IMG/VR virus record: IMGVR_UViG_3300045988_155520
Location: 64,001 to 128,000 of that record
Strand: one strand, 5' to 3'
Source of the DNA: a virus
Length of the DNA: 64,000 bases
The notes under the pieces were generated by a model. The model was not told where the DNA came from. It made no database searches and was given only the letters and a program-made list of their open reading frames with translations. The position numbers were made by a program, and so were the translations under genes. Positions 54,301-62,986 of the stretch are shown piece by piece (the first letter of the stretch is position 1; each line of letters opens with the position of its first letter).

Positions 54301-54646
54301 AATTGAGTTCTGGTTGAAGATTAATGAACGTCCACCTTTTGTTGATGAGTGTGGAATAGATTGGGATAGTTTAGTTAATAAGTATTACGAGGAACGTTCT
54401 CAAGAAGATAATGAAACTTATAAATTGGAAAATACTCGTTATTTGGAAGCATTAGAAAAGATTACGCCAGAAGATGTAGAAGCATTTGAGGAAGACGGTG
54501 TTATACCTTCTTATATTACATCTATTGTTACAATGGGTTCTGATTTGCACTTCTATTTTAACAATATTCCAGATAAAAAGCCTTCAACAGGCGGTTATGT
54601 ATTTGATGATATTTCAGTACCACAAGAAGTTGACGTTTCGTATTAA
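51305..54646 (+). CDS. Family B DNA polymerase
   Basis: Exo I FDLETEG, Exo II GHNSENFDWDFI, Exo III YLYDDLWETDK, motif A DFNSLYPSII, motif B KVLGNGFFGSYG, motif C VVGDTDGF. 1113 aa and uninterrupted. Confidence 0.9.
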   Translation: MKQITPEDVERFLNGHDPMERIISIECGYDDNTASIIYVNENGDKRVKRENFYPFVWVKNSACQRMFGGDRSLFVRKLRQYGIKIKALQTQGDDGSVSSRLDEGYKFLFYSYRKMSYKVFMMFFQESGVPIYERKKKNDDAIGGSKEFMTCSPVEQFMISTGKRLFKGYDNYDDLKRTTFDLETEGLNAKYHMISQIGYRNNKGFQKIINITGNKEEKWKSEIAAIEEFVRILSEDKPDNVAGHNSENFDWDFIINRCKEHGVDFSELSEKYLNRHPIFKKKKQTVLKLGGEMEYYYPTIMWGTNIIDSMHAARRAQALDSSMKSSNLKYVTKYLGLNKQNRVYVPGDIINQTWAVTDEVYAFNDDNGDWYKVTDSKPLREGYVLKSGKYIVERYLYDDLWETDKVELKLNESNFLVGKMIPTSFSRTCTMGTAGVWKLIMLAWCYENDLAIPSTTSNRKFTGGLSRLLITGYVSRIVKLDFNSLYPSIILTWNISTSLDVMNIMLYLLEYILTQREKYKDLKNQAGSKADEIKDEIANATGLSEDEINKMLEAVRYWKAEKIGNDKKQLPLKVLGNGFFGSYGCPMVFPFGDIDAAEKTTCIGRMSLRLMISHFTNIGYTPVVGDTDGFNFQMPEEDKFRYNNEHPYISTGGGRNSVKGKAYTRVDADVAEFEDTYFTHAWNGGVNKMGLGIDEYCDACIQFARKNYADLMPDGKTKKVGNTIKSRKMSGYLEKFIDTGIDLLLHDNGYKFLENYYNYIEQIYNYQIPVRDIASKGNIKKTMEEYIADSKTLTKSGSKKSRQAWYELALKENIPVKVSDTIYYINTGVKKSQSDVKRITHQYTIINGEEIELTAKIIRQLLSPICEKQGVLYKNLKTKDKKEMLKPFVKREEDEIILNCQIVPSDIINSEDDILCSEIEDLGYEPIEYNVDKYISQFNNRIRPLLVCFSPDIRNEILITNPKDRKFFTEAESKLVHGYPNKPTDQDTYEALMTPERKEIEFWLKINERPPFVDECGIDWDSLVNKYYEERSQEDNETYKLENTRYLEALEKITPEDVEAFEEDGVIPSYITSIVTMGSDLHFYFNNIPDKKPSTGGYVFDDISVPQEVDVSY

Positions 54647-54649
54647 CAC

Positions 54650-54687
54650 AAAAAAAGAGTATAGAATTAATACTATACTCTTTTTTA
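54650..54687. terminator. Bidirectional intrinsic terminator between the polymerase and fibre genes
   Basis: 9-bp stem agagtatag (54656-54664) / ctatactct (54673-54681), flanked by an A-run upstream and a T-run downstream. Confidence 0.65.
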
Positions 54688-54705
54688 TTTTATCACATAT
54701 TTTTA

Positions 54706-55524
54706 TTAATATTCACCGCAATCATAAACGTCAATATTTGCTTTAACTTCAGTTAAATTTCCAGTGACTTGTTTTTCAAATTTAACATTATGAGCGTCAT
54801 CTGTTATATTATCAAAATCATATTCTTTCGAATTAGTAGCACTACCACCACCTATTACTTTCAAGTCGTAATTAATAGTTCCATCAGATTTTTTAGTGCG
54901 AGTAAAACCAATAGTGTTATCTGAACTTGTTATTTCAGTAACAGTTTTACCGCTTAATTCCTTTGTTCTTGTATTAAGGTCATTAAGTGCAGCAGCTACT
55001 ACTTTTTCATTGTCGGTAATAATTTTATTAACCTTCTTAAATGCCTTGTTTACAGTATCTGTACCACTTATAGTTAACGGCTCTAATGCATTTAAATTTG
55101 TTGTGTCATAATCATTACCAAGAGTTAATGTATTTGGATTTATTGTTACATTAGCGACACCATTGTTAACTGTACCAGCTGTACCATTTACACTAACATT
55201 CTTAATTGTACTGTTAGGATTAAAGTCTGGTGTTGAAGTTGGTCTCCAGTTTTCTAATTTTTGTGTTTCAGACAGTAGTACACCATTCTGTGTATCCTCT
55301 GGTCCAACATACATATACTGTGTTTTTTCATCAGCAACATAAACTGTCATACCGATATGAATGAGAGCGTAATTACCAGATGTATTCCATGTACTTGCAC
55401 CAGCTGTTAAGTTAGCCTTTGTTTTAACAATATATCTTGCATCAACAGGGTCTGATGAGCCAGCCATCATTGGTGCTGGTAATGCAATACTATTACTATG
55501 TAATACGAAATTTTTTTCAGCCAT
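54706..55524 (-). CDS. Putative tail fibre / virion surface protein (272 aa)
   Basis: Thr/Asn/Gly-rich beta-type sequence. It is the last gene of the fibre gene array. No catalytic motif. Confidence 0.4.
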   Translation of the reverse strand: MAEKNFVLHSNSIALPAPMMAGSSDPVDARYIVKTKANLTAGASTWNTSGNYALIHIGMTVYVADEKTQYMYVGPEDTQNGVLLSETQKLENWRPTSTPDFNPNSTIKNVSVNGTAGTVNNGVANVTINPNTLTLGNDYDTTNLNALEPLTISGTDTVNKAFKKVNKIITDNEKVVAAALNDLNTRTKELSGKTVTEITSSDNTIGFTRTKKSDGTINYDLKVIGGGSATNSKEYDFDNITDDAHNVKFEKQVTGNLTEVKANIDVYDCGEY

Positions 55525-55536
55525 TGTTTCTTACTA

Positions 55537-56871
55537 TTAATTCATTTTTAGTTCAAATTTAACAGATGCTAAAGCACCACCATTCCAAGTATATGTATAA
55601 TACTTAACTTTAACAGCATTTCCATCTGAATCAGTGAATATTGTTTCATCACTTTCAACAGGAGTTCCAAAACCGCTCAATTTATTTACATCATATTTAC
55701 CACTAATAGTATTAAATGCATTTGCAGCTGTTAATTTCTTAGGAGTCTTAATAACAAGAGGGTTAGCGTTGTCGGTATTAGGGAATTGAACCTGATATGT
55801 CCATGCCTTTGTCCACGCCTGTAAAGGAAGTTCTACAAGGTTAGTTGAAAAAGTACTACCAGTATTTGCAGAAACAGGTGCTGTTACATTAATTGTAATA
55901 TTGTTACTTGTCGCTACGCTACCTGCTGGGTGTGGGTTTGCAACATTACCACCATTAGTAGTCTTAATTGGATTTGGACTATCACCCTTTGATGTACGGA
56001 TAGTTGCACCAGCTGCATAATTAGCTGTACCATTGTAAACAAAAGCACCTAATGTAGCATATACAGTTTTGTTGTTATCTCTATTAACTTTTGTACCAGT
56101 TGTCATAGCACCATTGTTATTTGTATATGTTTCAGTTGTTTTTGCACCTACATATCTAATATCAGCAGTTACTTTGTCTTCCACATGTACATTACCTTGA
56201 TTAAGAGTTACTGATAAATTACTATCTTCTAGTGCCTCAGAGCCAATTTTAACAGATGCACCATTAGAATACTTATTAGTAGCAATAGTTGCGGTAGGTT
56301 CAGTAACTGTTGGATAAATAGTTTTGAAAATTAATTTATCAATTATCTCTGATAATGTATAGTTGTTCAAAGAACCAGCTGTAGTACCAGCTTCAATATC
56401 ACCGATAGTTTCTGGAACTTTCAGGTTAACTGGTGATACGTTTGTATACATCAATTTAAATGCATCCTTTGTTGTTTCTATCTGACCATCTGGTTTAACC
56501 GTCTCTTTTGTTATAACGTACTTGTCAGATGAAACGGTGTCACCACTTGTAGGATTTGAATCCTCAGCTGTCTTAGAATATTGTCCATCAGCATCTTCCA
56601 AACGTTTAATTTCTTTGATAGTTTCACCTCGTTTGGATTTCTTAATAATATCCTGAAGATTTAATGTGTAAATGGTATCTACGTTATTCTTCTTAATTTT
56701 AAAACCAATAATCTGTGCAACACCGTTCGATTCAGTTGCTGTTGCATCTTTGTAGCTTACTACAATTGGTTCACCATCTAAAAGATTTGCGCTTTGACCA
56801 GTAAGAGCTGCTTTAGCTTCATCTATTGTATTATAGATGTTGTTGCTTCTCCGAAGTTGTAAATGTCTCAT
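55537..56871 (-). CDS. Putative tail fibre protein (444 aa)
   Basis: The N-terminus (LQLRRSNNIYNTIDEAKAALTG) resembles that of the 1168-aa fibre (LQFVHHGDGNEGIFKTREEAIAYVTG). The rest is Thr/Asn/Gly/Val-rich. Confidence 0.45.
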   Translation of the reverse strand: MRHLQLRRSNNIYNTIDEAKAALTGQSANLLDGEPIVVSYKDATATESNGVAQIIGFKIKKNNVDTIYTLNLQDIIKKSKRGETIKEIKRLEDADGQYSKTAEDSNPTSGDTVSSDKYVITKETVKPDGQIETTKDAFKLMYTNVSPVNLKVPETIGDIEAGTTAGSLNNYTLSEIIDKLIFKTIYPTVTEPTATIATNKYSNGASVKIGSEALEDSNLSVTLNQGNVHVEDKVTADIRYVGAKTTETYTNNNGAMTTGTKVNRDNNKTVYATLGAFVYNGTANYAAGATIRTSKGDSPNPIKTTNGGNVANPHPAGSVATSNNITINVTAPVSANTGSTFSTNLVELPLQAWTKAWTYQVQFPNTDNANPLVIKTPKKLTAANAFNTISGKYDVNKLSGFGTPVESDETIFTDSDGNAVKVKYYTYTWNGGALASVKFELKMN

Positions 56872-56953
56872 TATATATAAAATTAATTATTTTTATTATT
56901 ATATATAATCTTACCATAGGTTTTTAATTACTTACAGTAAGATTTATTTTTTT

Positions 56954-59900
56954 TTAGAATGTTCCGTAATCAATAGAACCGTCAAAGTAAAGTCCATTAG
57001 ATTCTGCATTTTCTTTAGAATCTTTTACATGTACTATTTTAATAAGGTTGTAATCGTGTCCTATTTCACTTGTATTTTGTACTTCTATATTCTCATTACC
57101 AGTGTCACTTTGTCCTTCTGAACCATGTGTACCATTGTAATGTGCTAAACGTACATCTACAGCTAATTTATTTACGTTACTGCCATTATCTTTCTTAGCA
57201 GAAATTCTACTTGAATAAGTATCTGAACCATTATAAAGATTATCAATATTGTCTTTAACAATTTTTAATTCATCGGCTAATTTACGGTCTGCATCTATTA
57301 AACTTGTTGCATTCTGTAAAATTTCATTAGTTGTACCACCATTTAGTCCTTGATAATTCTCTCCATCAGTAACATTATCTTTTCCAGTAACGATTTTACC
57401 TATTATTTTAATGTTATTCTTAAGAGTTTCTGAAACATCATTTGTTTCTTTTTTAATGAAGTTTCTTACTTTATCTCCGCCAACATACAAACCATTATTA
57501 CTTATTGTTAACAAGTTGTCTGCATGGTCTACATCATTACCCTCTCCAGCTAAAATAACCCTTGCTGATAATATGTCGGTATGGTTATCAGCACTAACCA
57601 TATCTCTGTCATTTCTAACAAGTTTAATAGCTGAATTAGTTTCGTAGTTTTTAACATCCCACTCATTGAACAAGTCCATTACTGGTACTGTAATATTGTT
57701 GGTTGTTTTACGTCCTTCAACATCAACCTCGTATGTTATGACAAGACTCTTGATATCCTTATCATATACCATACCTTTAATAACAGAACCAGCATTCAAT
57801 GTAATGGTCTGTTCTTCGTTCATTGCAGATGTCTTCCATTTAAGGCTATTCGTACCGCTATCATATCTTAAATTGATAGAAGCGTATACACCTGCACCGT
57901 CAGCATTATTAGAAATCTTAATAATGTTATCTGAAGCAGTCGATGGTAAAACCTGTGCATTAACGACATTAGTAGTAGTATCAATATTGTCTTTCACAAC
58001 ATTGAATTTTATAGTAGAGTTCTCACTTTTGAATGTGTACTTACCATTTTTAATTGCATCTTTTAAATCATCAGATACTTTAGTAATTTTAGTATCTAAT
58101 TTTTCATCATTTGCTTTTAATTGAGTAATTTGTTCACTATTATCATTTGTTTTACTCTTTAAATTCGTAATGTCATTCTTGTTAACATCAATTTTACTCT
58201 CTAATGTACGTATGCTATTAGAATTAGTCTCACTTGCATTCGTTGCATTTGTTAATTTATTCTTTAATGAAGCTATTTCATTGGTATTACTTTCTACTTT
58301 TCCTCTTAAAGTATCTATGTTATTACCATTGCTTTCACCCTTAGTTTTAACAACCGCTAACTCGTTCTTTAAACCATCAATAGCATCCTTATTTTCCTTA
58401 ATCTTCTGACTTGAAACATAAAGTTTTTGTACACCATCTTCCTCTACCTGTGTAAGGATATTATCATCCTTATGACGAACAATGTGTACATCAGCAGTTA
58501 ATACGTCTTTACCATTGATAACTCTTGTTCTGTTAAGTTCAACAGTATGATTCTGGTTTTCTGTTTGAGATGTTTCCCATTCGGTAATTAAACCGCTCAT
58601 AGGAATACTTACAGTTTCTCCGTTCTTGCTTTCAATATCATCAAAAACAAGTACTAACTCCTCTGTCTCAGCTTTATATTCAGCCTTTTTAACAATCTTA
58701 GATGTAGCAAGAGGTATTCTACGTACACGTGAAGCATTAGTTGAATCTGATACAATTAACTCGTTCTTAGTCGCATCATAATCAATAGTAGCTAACAAAC
58801 CTGTATTAGTTTCAATTACAAGGTTGTTATCTCGATTAAGTTTAACATCACCTGTAATTTTAAAACCGTCTACAGTCTCATTCTTTGTTAATTGAACGGT
58901 ACTTGTTTCACCTACATTGACGTTAGCGTTCTTATTTAACTTATTTAATGTCTTATTGATACTATCAAGCTCTTTCTGTGCGTCTGTATTAACACCGTCT
59001 TTGTTGTACTTGATATTAGATGCTCTTCTATCAACAAACAGACCATGTTCTGAGCCGACTTCTTTAATGGCGTTGTTATCATTTATGTCATTATAAATTT
59101 TAACATCAGCGGTTAATATATCAGCACCAGGATAGTTAGTTTGTTTCTTTAATTCTACAGAATGTGCCTCGTTATTTACGACCCATTCGTCAACTAAATG
59201 ACTTAAATCAATATCGGCTGTTTGTAATTCACTTTTTTGGTTATAATACTCTAATATAACTTTCTCATTTACAGTATCTGTATATATTCTATTAATAAAA
59301 GAAGCACTGTTTAATTTAAAACTCTGCTTTTTATTTTTACTATCAGAAGATGTATTGATAAATGTGATGGTATTAGTTTTATCATCATATTCGATATCTA
59401 TACCAGCATATAAACCATCAATTACATTATCTGAACCATACTTCCACTGTAATAAGTTTGTAGGGTCATTAGAAATTGGTGTTTTTAAAGAATCTAAAGC
59501 GTCTTGTACGTTAGTCTTTTTACCTGTTTTGTCATAGTAGCTGATATTCTTAGCTTGACCAGATACATAAAGATACTTACCGTCACCTATAGTCTTTAAG
59601 ATGTTATCTACACCCATTTCTTTAGGTGCAATTCTAACATCAGCTTTTAATACATCTTTCCATTTACCACTACGTCTGTCATTGTCTACAACACCAGTAT
59701 CTGAATGGCGGTCTCTTGTAAGTACAATAGGAGTTTTACTTGATTCTCCTTCTGTAGTCCATTCATCAATAAGGTCATCCATATCAACCTTTAGTTCACG
59801 TCCATCAGCATATTTGAAAATCAATGCTTCCTTTGTAATATCATAATAACCATCTTCTATAGTTGGTAATGATATATCTGTCTCATTATCATTAACTTGG

Positions 59901-60460
59901 AATTTGAGTACTTTTTTATCATTATCATATGTCATACCAACATAAGAGTAAAGTCCATCCTTATTTTCTTTAATGATGTTCCCTACTTCTTTTCTATTGA
60001 GAATAACATTATCAGCGATTTTAACACTACCTGATAAAATATTTTCAGTACCGTCAGTTGATGTAGTCTTTGTTAATTCAAGTGTATTACTATTCTTTGT
60101 GACAAAAGCAAACTTCTTAACAGCATCAGCTATCTCTTTGTAAGCATTATCAACTCGTTCATTAACACCTTCGATGTCAATGAAGAATACTTTATTTTGA
60201 GTACTTGGTGTTCTTCCGTCTCCCTTTGAACCAATGGCTAAGATAACGTTTGGATTTTCTTTATCACCATATTCTAAAACCATAGGTTCTGCATACAAAG
60301 GAAGCCAATCTATTGCATTGTCAGCACCAGTATCACCAGTTATCTTGAATGCAGTATTAACAACGCTATTACCAGTTACATAAGCAATTGCCTCTTCTCT
60401 TGTCTTAAATATTCCTTCGTTACCATCTCCGTGATGTACGAATTGTAATCTATTTATCAT
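56954..60460 (-). CDS. Long tail fibre protein with about four internal repeat modules and a coiled-coil segment (1168 aa)
   Basis: Reiterated units ending ...DDLIDEW..., ...SHLVDEW...VELKK...ILTADVKIY, ...SGLITEW...VELNR...VLTADVHIV, ...MDLFNEW...ILSARVILA. A heptad-like Asn/Ser/Thr-rich coiled coil (NIDTLRGKVESNTNEIASLKNKL...) follows. Confidence 0.65.
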   Translation of the reverse strand: MINRLQFVHHGDGNEGIFKTREEAIAYVTGNSVVNTAFKITGDTGADNAIDWLPLYAEPMVLEYGDKENPNVILAIGSKGDGRTPSTQNKVFFIDIEGVNERVDNAYKEIADAVKKFAFVTKNSNTLELTKTTSTDGTENILSGSVKIADNVILNRKEVGNIIKENKDGLYSYVGMTYDNDKKVLKFQVNDNETDISLPTIEDGYYDITKEALIFKYADGRELKVDMDDLIDEWTTEGESSKTPIVLTRDRHSDTGVVDNDRRSGKWKDVLKADVRIAPKEMGVDNILKTIGDGKYLYVSGQAKNISYYDKTGKKTNVQDALDSLKTPISNDPTNLLQWKYGSDNVIDGLYAGIDIEYDDKTNTITFINTSSDSKNKKQSFKLNSASFINRIYTDTVNEKVILEYYNQKSELQTADIDLSHLVDEWVVNNEAHSVELKKQTNYPGADILTADVKIYNDINDNNAIKEVGSEHGLFVDRRASNIKYNKDGVNTDAQKELDSINKTLNKLNKNANVNVGETSTVQLTKNETVDGFKITGDVKLNRDNNLVIETNTGLLATIDYDATKNELIVSDSTNASRVRRIPLATSKIVKKAEYKAETEELVLVFDDIESKNGETVSIPMSGLITEWETSQTENQNHTVELNRTRVINGKDVLTADVHIVRHKDDNILTQVEEDGVQKLYVSSQKIKENKDAIDGLKNELAVVKTKGESNGNNIDTLRGKVESNTNEIASLKNKLTNATNASETNSNSIRTLESKIDVNKNDITNLKSKTNDNSEQITQLKANDEKLDTKITKVSDDLKDAIKNGKYTFKSENSTIKFNVVKDNIDTTTNVVNAQVLPSTASDNIIKISNNADGAGVYASINLRYDSGTNSLKWKTSAMNEEQTITLNAGSVIKGMVYDKDIKSLVITYEVDVEGRKTTNNITVPVMDLFNEWDVKNYETNSAIKLVRNDRDMVSADNHTDILSARVILAGEGNDVDHADNLLTISNNGLYVGGDKVRNFIKKETNDVSETLKNNIKIIGKIVTGKDNVTDGENYQGLNGGTTNEILQNATSLIDADRKLADELKIVKDNIDNLYNGSDTYSSRISAKKDNGSNVNKLAVDVRLAHYNGTHGSEGQSDTGNENIEVQNTSEIGHDYNLIKIVHVKDSKENAESNGLYFDGSIDYGTF

Positions 60461-60484
60461 CTTGTAATAACTTTTTAATTTTTA

Positions 60485-62539
60485 TTAGAATTTACCAAAA
60501 TTAGCGTTGAAAGTTAACGTGACATTGTTGCTACCTTTCTTTTCATCAGTTTGGTCTTTTGAAGGAATTTCTGTTTTTCCGTTAGAATAAACAATGTAGT
60601 CACCGCCTTTTAGAATACTTCCCTCTATTTTATCTCTGTTCTCCCATTTTTCTGCAAGACCAGTGCGTAACTCTTCTTCTACAGCTTTAGCTCTATCTCG
60701 TTCCTCTGTTATAGCATCGGTAAGAGTTTTATCACCTTCAGTACGTTTTGTTATTTCTTTAGCAAGTGCATCTTTTAAGTCATCTGTTTCATTAATAACA
60801 TGTTCTGCAACCGCTTCTAAATCTTTACGTACATCTTTAATACCATCTTCTCTATCTGATATTTCTTTGTCGAGTTTCTTTTCTAAGGTATCACTCTTCT
60901 CTTTTAATGCTTCATCGGCATTTTTTCTTTCCTCTGTCTCAGTTTCAAGAGCACTTTTTACGAGATTTATTAAAGGTGTTGTTCTTGAAAGAATATCATT
61001 GTAAGTCTGTTGATTAGTATTAATTAATTTTCCGTCAACAATTCTATATTCAGAATCAACAAAATCATCTTTGCTAATTGGGTCATGTATTACAATTGTG
61101 TCACCCTCTACCATTACCTTGTGGGTCCACATATTTCCGTCCCATTCATGAAGTATGTATGTTGGTTTGCACCCTGCACAATCTTTATAGAACTCATTGT
61201 ATATTAACTCGTTCTCGTCCTTTACATCTTCATTTATATTAGCAGCTGTCCAAACAGTAAAACCATGTTCTGTATTCAATGAAGGAAGTAGAACTGTTTT
61301 ATATGTATTACCACCAATTACTTCCGCACCATAATTATTAGACCCGTTAAAATATTTTACTAATCTAAGTGACAAGAAGTGTTCTGGACATTCTGTTATC
61401 TGAATAACGCCTGATTTATTAAATTGGAATTGTTTTACATAATAGTCAAATCCTTCACCTTTAATTGTTTGAGAACTTGTCCAATATTTCGCTTCTTTAT
61501 TAAATTTAATAATATCTTCATTCTTATCAACACCATATCCGCCAGCAAATACATTAAAACCATATTTATCAGTTCCCTCTGGAGAAATAGGTTTTTCCTC
61601 AGCTACTTTATCATCATACAGATATGTATCATCGCTTGGTGTACCACTTGTTGCAGTTTTATTCCAACACTCTGTTGATTTTAATTGTTTACCAGCAAGT
61701 TTTCCTAATTGTACATGGCAATGAATATCGTTATGGTTCTGATACTGACATGGCTCTATTGCATTAAGCATATTATCCCAATCCTGTTTTGTTGGAATAC
61801 GCCACCCTGCTTTTAGTTTACTTTCAATCTCCTTTACACCATCCATAGTGTAAAGTCTTCCAGCATTTGAACTACAACTTAAAGTAACATATCTATCACC
61901 CTTACAAGGATTTACAGGTAAACCACTTCCGTTATCATCTCTTGTGTCAATAAGTGACTTAGCTGGAGAGTAATAACCTGATTTTTCTGTAGGGTTAAGA
62001 CGTACAGGGTCGCCACTCTTGCCATTACCAAGAATGCTACCGTCTGTTATTACTTCTCTTAGGTATTTATTTTCAACTTTCTCGGCTTTCTTTGTTTTAT
62101 CTGTTTCAAATGTACCGATTAGATGTTTATTGTTGTCGCTATCAGTTACCCATAATTTGCCATCAACGTCACTAAATTCAATTTTGAATTTCTTCTCTAC
62201 TGGGTTTCCATTTTCGTCTTTGTCATTGGTAGTATATTTAAAACCAAAGCTGTTTTTATCAGTGCAATCACCAGTACAGCTACCAGTTCCAGCAAAATGA
62301 TAATCATCTAACGTAATACCATTATTCATTAAAGAAGCAAGGTCAATTCCAATAACATCGCCATTGTTTCTTGTTAATTTTAATGTATTGGTTTTCTTGT
62401 CAAATTCACCATTAGCTATATCTTCGTCCTTTAAGTTAAGAAGATTACTATCGACTTCATTTACGGTTAACTTACAATTCTTGGTAACATCCTCTTTGTA
62501 AGGTGAAACAAGCTTGTAAAAATATAATCCTTTAGCCAT
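60485..62539 (-). CDS. Tail fibre / receptor-binding protein with a Fibrobacter succinogenes major paralogous (FISUMP) domain and a C-terminal coiled coil
   Basis: GWRIPTKQDWDNMLNAI ... LAGKQLKSTECWN ... TDKYGFNVFAGGY ... AKYWTSS ... FLSLRLVK (about nt 61360-61830) fits the FISUMP pattern (GWRlPt..eW..L...aG.kLK....W....n.sGF.alPaG......a.fWss....r.v). Confidence 0.65.
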   Translation of the reverse strand: MAKGLYFYKLVSPYKEDVTKNCKLTVNEVDSNLLNLKDEDIANGEFDKKTNTLKLTRNNGDVIGIDLASLMNNGITLDDYHFAGTGSCTGDCTDKNSFGFKYTTNDKDENGNPVEKKFKIEFSDVDGKLWVTDSDNNKHLIGTFETDKTKKAEKVENKYLREVITDGSILGNGKSGDPVRLNPTEKSGYYSPAKSLIDTRDDNGSGLPVNPCKGDRYVTLSCSSNAGRLYTMDGVKEIESKLKAGWRIPTKQDWDNMLNAIEPCQYQNHNDIHCHVQLGKLAGKQLKSTECWNKTATSGTPSDDTYLYDDKVAEEKPISPEGTDKYGFNVFAGGYGVDKNEDIIKFNKEAKYWTSSQTIKGEGFDYYVKQFQFNKSGVIQITECPEHFLSLRLVKYFNGSNNYGAEVIGGNTYKTVLLPSLNTEHGFTVWTAANINEDVKDENELIYNEFYKDCAGCKPTYILHEWDGNMWTHKVMVEGDTIVIHDPISKDDFVDSEYRIVDGKLINTNQQTYNDILSRTTPLINLVKSALETETEERKNADEALKEKSDTLEKKLDKEISDREDGIKDVRKDLEAVAEHVINETDDLKDALAKEITKRTEGDKTLTDAITEERDRAKAVEEELRTGLAEKWENRDKIEGSILKGGDYIVYSNGKTEIPSKDQTDEKKGSNNVTLTFNANFGKF

Positions 62540-62582
62540 ATTATTTTTATATTAGTTATTCTTTATATTCTTTTAAATAAAT

Positions 62583-62969
62583 ATGAAAAAATTTTTCTTT
62601 ATACATTATTTATCGTTAATAATGAATATAAACCTTACAATTTTTATGTCACACTCTAAAGGTTATTGGAAAAATAAGGAAAATATGTTTCGTGAAGCCA
62701 AAAAATATACTTCTAAGGAAGAATTTAAAAATAACAATTTAACTGCTTTCTTAGCTGCCTACAAATATGGCTATATTGATGAAATGTATTGGTTGGTTAA
62801 ACAAAAACAACATAAGAAAGGCTTTTGGACATATAAAGAGATTGAAAAAGAATCTATGAAGTATAAAACAAAAACAGAATTTTTTAAGAAAAATCAAACC
62901 GCTTATCGTGCTGCGTTAAAACTTGGTATAATTGATGATTTCTTCATTACCAATTATATTCAATATTAA
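62583..62969 (+). CDS. Small plus-strand protein with two tandem ~45-aa repeats; the start is uncertain
   Basis: KGYWKNKENMFREAKKYTSKEEFKNNNLTAFLAAYKYGYIDEMYW / KGFWTYKEIEKESMKYKTKTEFFKKNQTAYRAALKLGIIDDFF. The first 21 codons of the track ORF are hydrophobic and AT-driven, so the ATG at 62646 (MSHSKGYW) is an alternative start. Confidence 0.45.
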   Translation: MKKFFFIHYLSLIMNINLTIFMSHSKGYWKNKENMFREAKKYTSKEEFKNNNLTAFLAAYKYGYIDEMYWLVKQKQHKKGFWTYKEIEKESMKYKTKTEFFKKNQTAYRAALKLGIIDDFFITNYIQY

Positions 62970-62986
62970 AAAAGCCTATGACAAAT

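Noticed and set aside
57666-58124. 152-aa plus-strand ORF antisense to the long tail fibre gene. Similar antisense ORFs lie at 43841..44251, 60663..61004, 51827..52255, 45078..45404 and 7336..7632.
   Set aside because: All lie wholly inside long, motif-supported genes on the other strand. They have Ser/Leu/Phe/Ile-rich compositions typical of the reverse complement of Lys/Glu/Asn-rich AT-biased coding sequence, and they lack any upstream promoter motif. I treat them as frame artefacts.
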